Shown here: piece by piece, positions 55,521 to 64,000 of the stretch | Numbering within the stretch: position 1 is the first letter of the stretch | Layout of the letters: each line of letters begins with the position of its first letter | Assembly (NCBI GenBank): GCA_028534125.1 | Contig: CM052851.1 | Location: forward strand, 558,001-622,000 | Reading direction: 5' to 3' | Origin: Lama glama | Lineage: Eukaryota | Length of the DNA: 64,000 nt | The notes under the pieces: model-generated | Seen by the model: only the letters and a program-made list of their open reading frames with translations | Told to the model about the DNA's origin: nothing | Database searches by the model: none | Program-made: the position numbers and the translations under genes

Positions 55521-58500
55521 GCCAAGACTCTAGACTCCATCCTTACCCTCTGGGAAGTGTTCCTCTCTGGGCTGGCGGGTGGCTGCATTATTGGTGGGTC
55601 CTTTGATCTGGAAGAGGGTCCTTTCTAGCTGCCTTTCCTCATCCGTCTTTCACTTCTAGTTTCACCGAGTCAGTGTTTTCCTGAATTAAGAGACACTTGC
55701 TAAACATGCTCTCTTTCCCTGTCATGATGTTTTTCTGACAAAACTAAGTGTCCCTCTGCTGCTCAGCAGAAGTGTTTCTTACATAACAGCTGATGGCTCT
55801 TCTCAAAGCTCCACTTGTGTTGGTTTTACTTGTTTGTTTGCAATGAAGCGGCTTCTCCAGGGCCTCTGGTACTTGCTGAGGGGACCGTGGGCTCAGTGGG
55901 TTCCTGGGCTCGCTGGCCGGTTAGTGTACCAATTGGTTACCCAACAGTCTGAGGCTTAAACTAGTAAAGCTTCGCTGGGGCCCCACGCAGCATGTCTGCT
56001 GTGGGCTGGCTGGGGCCTCCAGGGTGTCGTCCTCCCCGCCGGACCCAGGCTGATTGCGAGCTGCCACGTGCTGTGGCAGAGGGCAAGGTCCCGGTCCAAG
56101 AGTGTTGCTAAAGATGTTCATTTTTCCATGTCTTTATTCCCCAGGGCTGCAGAATAATCCTGAACAAGTGGAGAGCTGGGTGCATGAATGAGAAGGCTGG
56201 GGTGCCAGGCAGGAAGTGGCCCTCGAGGCTTAAGCCCTGACTGGTAGGAGTGTGGGTGATAATGACACGGGCCTCCAAAATGTCTGGAGACACGCAGCCA
56301 GCACAGTCAAGATGGAAGGGAAACAAGACGCCCTGTGGAGGAAGCAGCCGCGGCTGGAGGGCCACAGAGTTTCCCAACAGGCGCACGCACACCCGAGGCG
56401 AGGACAGCGTGCAGGGTGCTCCCTGTGCAGGGCCAAGAGGATGCCAGCACAGTGAGGACAGGAGGCTGGTGGCAAGCTGCCGGGTGGCTGGGACGCAGAG
56501 GAGGTGAGGCCACGCAAGGAGGAGGCCCAGAGGCTGGTGTGACGCCCACACTGGTTCCTGGAGGCCAGGGGACTGGACTTGCATGTGGCAGAAGCCGGGC
56601 CACACTGGGCCACCCCACAGGCCCAGTCCCTTCGCTCTGGCCCCACAGGGGGCTCCCCGACACGGTCCCACTGGGGGAGCTCTGAGGCTAGTAGGGGGTG
56701 GGAGGAGGTGGCTCGAGGTGGTTGTGACAAGGGCCCCAGGAGGGGGACCACATCCTGCAGGCTTCCTGAAGGAGGTGCCACGAGGGAAGGACGGACCAAG
56801 CAGAGGAGGGAAGAGGGCAGCAGGGCAGGACCACACCCTCTGCTGTCCTTCCTCTGGCCCCTAAGCAGATTCCAGGCTCCCACAGCCTCTGTGCCTCTGC
56901 GCTCCCCCACTGCCCGCAGGAGGGGCTTGTCTAGACCGCAGGCTCCCCAGCCCACCTGGCTTCTGTCCCCGGAGCCCCTCAAGCAGAAGCCAAGGCTGCA
57001 GACAAAGGGGTGTTTGCTTTTCTCTCTTGCTGGAGACCCAACTCTGGCTCCGGGCCAGCCCCAGGCCCCAGGCCCGCCCTCCTAGGGAGGCAGGTAGCCC
57101 CAGCAGGCTCCTGGGACGCACGGCGGCTCGGGGCTCAGCCGGAGGGCCTGACCCGGGAGCCTGACCTCAGAGCCTGTTGCCCCATCTGTGGACAAGGGGC
57201 GGGGCGGGGCGAGGACAGACTCGGGGGCTCCCTGCCTGTGAGGACACATGAGGGCTTCGTGGAGGCTGTGTCCAGCGAGCCTCAGACACAGGGCGGGTCT
57301 TCAGCATGTGGACATGGGGCTGGGAGTGGGCAGGGGTCCGGGGGCAGAGTCAGAACAGGACATCTGGGGGCGAGGACGTGGGAGACTGGCCCAGTGGGCC
57401 TCGGACAAGCCGGGATGAGGCTGGGTGCAGGAGGCCATCAGGGCCCCAGCAGCTGTGGGTCTGCGCCCACCCCGGCCTCCTCTTCCCGCTCCCCAGTTTC
57501 CTCTTCTCCAAACCCTCCAGGGCTCGGCCCCTCTCCCAGGCAGCCGGCCCCTGGGCCCTCCGAGCCGGCCTGGCTGCCTCCCGCTCTCCACAGCCCCACA
57601 TCGCACGCCCAGACAGAGCGGACAGAAACCTGGGTGCCGCCCCCCGCCGCCCATGAGCAGGGCCCGCCTGAGCGGCACGACGGTCCAGCCACCGGCCTGG
57701 CTCGGCCTGATTCCCCGCGTGTGAGTCTCTCACCCGGTCTCCTCGCTGGGTTTGTTCCATTTCCCATGCTGTGAGGTGCCCAGCCCTGCGGGGTAACCTA
57801 AGCTCTGACTGTAAAGACCGAAGCCACCAGCTGGGGGCCTCAAATGCCGCAGCCGAGAGCCTGACTGTTTCCCTCTCGAGAACCGAGCCAGATGGCTTGT
57901 GGGCACTCTTGGGCCCCCAGCACCACTGCAGACACTGCCCAGCTGATGCCCGAGGACCCTCCCCCCGGGCGCCTGAGCCTGCCAGGGCCGCCCCCGCCCC
58001 ACAGCCCCACACACAGACGCTCAGGAGACCAGGCCAGAGCGCCCAGCAGCGGACGCCCGGCTGTCCCCCACACCTGGCCCTCCCGGGTGCAGTGGCCAGC
58101 AGGCAAGTGGAAAGGACCCTGATCCAGTCTCTCAGACCCCCGGCTGTGGGGCGGGAGCTGGGAACGCCCTCCGCCCCGCCTCGCCTGAGACAACAGTCCC
58201 GCCTGTAAGGCTGATTTCACACAGCTGCGCGGACAGCGCTAATCTGCTTACCTGCAGGGCCGGCCAGACCACACCCAAGGGGAGGCCACCGCCCCGGCTC
58301 GGCTGTCCTGCCCTGCAAAAACTAGAGCTCCCCTCCGCCACCTCCCTTGTGCCCTACACCTGCAGGGGTCACCTTGGAGCCATGCCCACCTGCAGGAAGC
58401 TGGGCCAGGAAGTGACCTCCGTCCATGCAGTGGCCAAGCCCCAGGCCGGGGGGGCCCCATCTGTGGGTAGGAAGGCTTGGGACAGCCCGACTTGGGTGGC

Positions 58501-59829
58501 TGGACGGTGTCCACACACCCTGGGCTTGCACCCTCCCCATCGGGCAGCTCTGGGCAGGGCGCGGTCGCGGGGCGACTCCGGCCTCAGGCCCCGGCTGCAC
58601 AGGCAGAGCGTCGGGGCAGGTGCACCTGAGCCGTCCCCTCCACCTGGCCGGGCCTGACTGCGAGCACTGGGCCCCCAGAGAAAGGGCAGTAGGGGCTGCC
58701 TGCAGCATGGAGGAGACGGGAGGCTGAGGCCCACCCCTCCCGAGGGGCACAGCAGGACAGTGGGGCAGGACGTGGTTCGAGGGGCAGCAGGGCCACACCC
58801 GACGGTTACGTGCCAGTGGACAAGAGAGGACGATGAGAAGGTGGATCTCCGTGGCCCCCAGGAGGCCTGCCTGCATGGGAGGCTGATGGGGTGTCACTTG
58901 GGACATGTGCTGTCTCCTGGCCTCCAGCCACTGGGAGCGTTGGCTGCATGGCCTCACTGACCCTCCCTGGGAACCGCCCACTCAGACAGCCTTCTGGCCC
59001 AAGGCTGCAGTGCCCCCAACCCCAGGCAGCTCCACATTCCCACGTCCCAGCTCAAAGTCCCCAAGGCCGCCTAGTGCCAGAGCTCCTGGGCGCGGGCGGC
59101 CTCGCAGCTCAGCCCAGAGGTGCTCCCAGAGCCCCACCTGCCCCGCACACACCCCAGGGCGGCCAGACCTCAGACGACAGATGTGACTGGCCATGGAGCA
59201 CGTGGGGCCCACAGTCCCCCGGGCAGAGCCTTGGACGATAACACGGCTCACCGAGTCCTTCTCACGTGTGTCCACAGGTGACGTCCCTGAGCCTGGGCGT
59301 GCCCGGAGGGGAGGGGGCAGGAGCAGAGGCTCCAGGGCTTGAAGGGCCTGCCCCAGCTCAACACCCACCAGCCGGGGCTTCATCCCCGAGGGGCAGGGCC
59401 TGGGAAGCTTCGACAGTGGCCTGGTGGGGTCTGGCCCTCGGAGGGGCCTCCGTCCACACCAGCCCGTGTGGGGCGCTCTCCCAGGGTGGCGTTTCCGCCT
59501 GAGTCAGGCACAGGGCAGGGCCCAGCTCGGGACCAGCCTCTGCTTTCATCACACGGCAGCCTTGGGGAGCCCGAGAGCCCTCACCTGGGAGTCCAGGGCG
59601 CCCCATGGCACCGGGCACTGGCGGGCGGTACCCTGAACCGCTCGGAGCAGAGCCTGCGGGTCATCGGTGTGAGCTGCCTGCGCGGGCCTGGCTGTCCGAG
59701 AGGCCGAGCTCCAGGCGGCGCTCCCTCCCATCCCGTCCCTGGGTGGATAGGCAACGCGCCCTGTCTGCCCCGGCACGGTTCTGTCTGAGCTGTGAGTCCT
59801 CGGCAGCCTCGAGGACTGGAGGAGGTGAA

Positions 59830-60224
59830 GCCGGGTGAATGGTGGCCCCAAAGTCCTGCCCACACCCCGGCCCCAGAAGCCACGACTGCTGTGTGTTTGG
59901 GAAAGGAGTCTCCACAGCTGTTACCAAGTCAAGTGTCCCCAGGGGCCGTCATGTGGGGTCCCTGCTGGGTCCCGACGCCAATGGTGAGGGTCCTGGTGAG
60001 AGACAGAGGGTGAGATTTAGAAGCAGAGACCACACAGGGGGCACAGCCGTCAAGACAGGGGCAGAGATGGGAGGGACGCGGCCATGAGCCCAGCAACGTC
60101 AGAGCCCCTGGGCTGGGAGACAGGCAGGAGCAACTGTTACTCTGGCTCCTGCCAGAGACATCCTGTGGTTTTTTTCGCCCCTGGCCTGTAGTCGTTGGTT
60201 ACAGTGGCCAGGGCACTGCCACGC
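59830..60224 (+). mobile_element. MLT1B/C LTR
   Basis: gggtgaatggtggccccaaa..aagacaggggcagagatggga..ggttacagtggccaggg. Confidence 0.7.
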
Positions 60225-61869
60225 ACCTCCGGGAGGGTATCCGTGGCTCCCCTGGGCCCCCGCCCCTCGGGGATGCTCACACGTCCACCAGGCACACAGG
60301 CCCCGGAGGGTCGTGGCCTGAGCGAAGCAGCGACAGGCCCCCTAACAGGGGACAAGCCACAGAAGGCCACACAGCGAGGAAACCAGCCATGGTCCCCCAG
60401 CCCTGCTGCCCCCCTCATTGCAGCCAACGTGCGTGACCACAGGGCAGCACCAGGGGGGCCGCATCGCTGGGGGCCGGCAGGCGTGGCCGGGCAGAGCCCG
60501 AGATGCTCCTGCCGCAGCCCCCGTGGCTGACAGGCCGCCTCCCACCGGAGGCCCCGCAGGAAACCAGGCTGTGCTCCTGCGCCCAGTTCTCCTGCTGGTC
60601 AGGCCCACGCGCTCACCTGCGCTCACCGCCACTTGCTCGTTCCTTCCACGGTGTCCACGAGGCCCTCCTGGGGCTGAAGAGGTCCCAGCCCTTTGGAGCT
60701 CACTGAGATTCGGGGGACAGGCTGTCCACAGGCAGTGGCAGCAGTGTGAAGGGGGGATGTGGGGCCAGCCCTGGGGGTAGTGGGGACCCCAGCCCAGCTG
60801 AGTTCTCAGGAGGCTCGAGCCCAAGTTCCAGACCCCACGGGGCCAGAGAGCAGGGGCTCACACCTCCGCTCCAATACAGCAACTTTGGGTCTCCAGGGCT
60901 GTGACGTCCTCTGTCCCTGGGGCAGGTGGGTCCCCCATCCCTGGGTTAAGTGTACCCTCTGTGCCTGGGCAGGTGAGTTCTCCATCCCTGGAGCAGATGG
61001 GACCCCCTCCCAGGGGCAGGTATGTCCTGGCTGTCCTCCAGGAAGCCGTGAGGACACCACCAGCCCAGCCCAGTGGGGCACGCTCAGAGGCAGAGACCGG
61101 AGGGGACGTGGCCTGCTCCTCTCATCTGCACCAAGCAGCCCCTGCAGGCCTCACCAGCCCCTCTGCCCCCTCACCTGGGCATCTCTGCTCAAGATTGGGG
61201 GAATTCCAACCCAAGGACAAGCAGAGGGGAAGTGTCCAGCAGGACTCGAACTTCCTCATCAACCCCACTAGCTGGTTTTGTGGAAACTGAGGATGACCTG
61301 GAGGGTTAGAGCTGAGATTTGAGCTCCCGGGGTGGGGTCGGCCAGCTGGGGGCTGGAGGATGCGGGGGCCAGAGAGAGGGCAGGGGCGTCTCCCCACCCC
61401 AGCTGGGCAGACGGTGAGCTCTGGGGACGCAGAGATTTGCACGTGGCCCCTCACCCTCTGGGCAGCTCTGGGCCTCGGCCGCCTGTGGCCCCCCTGCTCT
61501 CCTTGCCCGGAATCAGGCCGAGGCCCCCTGCTGACCTGAGAGCAGATCTCAGGGTTCTCGGGGCCCCCAAACCCGTCCCCAAACCCTCGGCAGACGGGGC
61601 TGCTGTGCCTGACAGCGGCACCTTCACAGGGCAGGGGTCCCTGGACCCTCTCCCCAAACCGGCAAGACATCTCGGGGACTTGACCCTCTGCAAGTGGCCG
61701 TGCCCCACTTCCGTGGCAGCTTCTGGCGAGGGGACACCTCCAGGGGTGAGCACGTGGCAGGGGGCAGGGTCTCCCACCCCCAGTCAGCTCCAGCTGGGCC
61801 CCCCCTGCGGGGACGCAGCACATGTAGGGGGGGCGGGCCGGCTGCAGTGGGACTTTCCTGTTCGTGTGT

Positions 61870-62332
61870 GGCCTCAGAAGTCAGCCCCCTGCACACCTGT
61901 GTTCACAGCAGCGTTACACAGTCACCAGGAGGCGGAGGCAACCCAGCGGGCGCACAGAATGCGGACCTTCCCCACAGCGGGATGTGACCCAGCCTTCAGA
62001 GGGGGCGCGTCCCGGCACGGCTACAACACGGATGGCCCTGGGGGCGTGGCGCTCAGTGCAGTCAGCCGACGCCGAAGGGCATCCTGGAGCGCTCCACTCG
62101 GTGTGGTCCCGAGGGGCCACACCCATGGAGGCCGGAAGCCGGGAGAGGGCCGGGCCGGGGCAGGGCCGGGCCGGGGCGGGGCTGCGTGCGTGCTGGGGCC
62201 CGGCCAGTCTGGGAAGGGGCCGAGTCCTGGGGGCGGCCGCACGGCAGAGTGCTCAGCGCTACCAGACCTGCTCTCACAAGCGGCCCAGATGGCAGCTTGC
62301 ACGTCCTGTACATTTTACCGCAATTAAAAATA
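61870..62332 (+). mobile_element. L1MB 3' end, heavily GC-remodelled
   Basis: tgcacacctgtgttcacagcagcgttacacagtcacca..tgtacattttaccgcaattaaaaa. Confidence 0.7.
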
Positions 62333-64000
62333 GTAGTGTTAAAGATAAACCAGCGCTTCCAGGGCAGCCTCGCCCACGAAAGGCGAGGCCGCAGCACCCC
62401 CCTGGCCGAGGACAGGAGGGACTGAGGGAGAAGGGAAGGAGGCCCTGGGCCCCTGGCCCTGGGCCCGGCAGAGCTCACGCAGCCTGGCCCCGGTGGACGT
62501 GTACCACCGCGTCTGCCCGAAGCCTCCTGACCGACCAAGCGGCCGCCCGGGGCGGGGGCCCCGGCGGGCACACGCGGCAGAGAGGCCCTGCCCCCGGGGC
62601 CTTGTGGCCACGGCAGCGGGGATTAGCGAGGTGCTGCTTCCGCGAAGGGGAGCTTGAGGGCAGATGACTAAGGCGGCGCGCCTGCCCACGGGGTTGATCC
62701 AGGATGCCTTCCCGCCCTCGGCGGTGGTTCCGGTTCCCTGGGGAGCCTGAGCCACGAGCTGGGAGCCCTTGGCCGGGGGCCCTGGAGGGCAGGTCTATTC
62801 ACAGGAGAGGAAGGCACCCCCCCGTCCCTCCCCCCTCACAGAGCAAAGGCCGGGTCTACCAGAGCTTTCACGTGGGAACGCCCCCGGGGGAGGAGAGGGA
62901 AGGGCCAAACACCAGGCAGCGGGTTTGACCTGACTTCTCTGCACCCAGGGCTCCGGCTTGGCCGAGGCTGGGCTGGGGCTCCCGATGCCCTGCTCTGAGA
63001 GACCCGTCCACGATGACGCCAGGGTGGGCACTTCCCTCGGCAAACCAGACCTGGGCAGCAGCCTCCTGTCGAGAGCGGAGGCCAGGCTCCCCGGCGGCGG
63101 GGCTGCTCCTCACACAGCACTGCACACCAGCCCAGGGCACTCACCAGGATTCCAAGGCCGCCTCCGGGCCCCACCACGTAGCCGTGCTGGCGGAGGCACG
63201 GGAGGACAGGGTGACAGCCGCCTGCAGGCCGGGGTGGGGCCGTCCTCAAGCTGCCTGAATGCCCCCACTTCTGAGGGCCTGTGCCTGGCCAGCTGCCCCG
63301 AGGAGACATCTCCTTCCTTGTCCCACCAACACATGCCTGGGGGCAGGGCGCAGGGGGAGTGGGGAGGACACAGCCTGCCCCCCGGGACCTCACGCCAAAC
63401 AGGTGGTGATCCGCACAGTCAGCATAGAACCTTAGCTTCCGGGCCCAGGACAGTTGTCCTACAGCCTCCTGAGCGGGGAGTGGTCTGAGGGACAGAGACA
63501 GACAAGCACCTTCAATGCCGCCTGGGCTGGCCTGCCCGGAGCGGGCGCCTGTGGAGCGGGCGGCCGTGGGGGGCGTTGCCCCCTCTGTGCCTTCGGGGCA
63601 CCCACGGGAGGAGGGTGGCCATTGGCCCACCCTGCAGGCCTCACGCCTCCCCTCCCAGGGCCTCCCAAGACAAGGCCTGCAGGCGGGCCCTCGGAGGGCA
63701 GGCCTCTCCCCCACCCTCAAGGACAGAGCACGGCGTTGGCGGGACTGTGCGACGCAGGGAAGCTGGTGGTTGCAAGAATGAGGTCTGGGGTTTGCGTCAG
63801 GGCTAAGGGAAGGGTTTGCATGGAGCCCTGGCTGTGCCTGGCCCCATGGGGAACACTGCAGGTCCAACGAGCTGAGCACCCTCCGAGGTCAGGTCACCGC
63901 GTCAGGGCCCCAGGCGGCGGCCCGAGCAGCCTTGCCTCCAGCCAGACCCGCAGGAGCTGGGAGGCCCGATCCGAGGTACAGCCCTCCTGTCTGCACCCCT

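Noticed and set aside
36700-64000. Novel protein-coding gene among long intergenic ORFs (e.g. 61332-62327, 62836-63879, 50561-51418)
   Set aside because: Long ORFs are expected by chance at this GC content; several overlap L1/MLT relics; no domains or coherent exon chain. No MUC2 exon was recognised in the window.

Overview
Mammalian, GC-rich genomic DNA from the AP2A2-MUC6-(MUC2) locus, orthologous to human 11p15.5. tRNA-derived SINEs of the Vic-1 type suggest a camelid, but this is an inference. On the + strand, 942-17581 holds the last 16 coding exons (7-22) of AP2A2, including a NAGNAG acceptor, a GC-AG intron and a U12-type AT-AC intron. On the - strand, 36494-19681 holds a complete 33-exon MUC6 gene with TATA promoter and AATAAA signal, lying tail-to-tail with AP2A2. 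Its PTS/VNTR core in exon 31 is hidden in a 500-N gap. The remainder (~36.7-64 kb) is intergenic: CpG/GATA/FOXA enhancer-like patches, old L1, MLT1 and Tigger1 relics strongly drifted towards GC, SINEs, a 12/13-bp minisatellite beside a second 500-N gap, and degenerate telomere-like tracts. I see no new protein-coding system. The most interesting signals are splice-site architecture, small duplications around MUC6 exons, and pervasive AT-to-GC bias that reaches the AP2A2 protein. Exon numbers, repeat subfamily names and human comparisons come from recalled sequences, not from searches.
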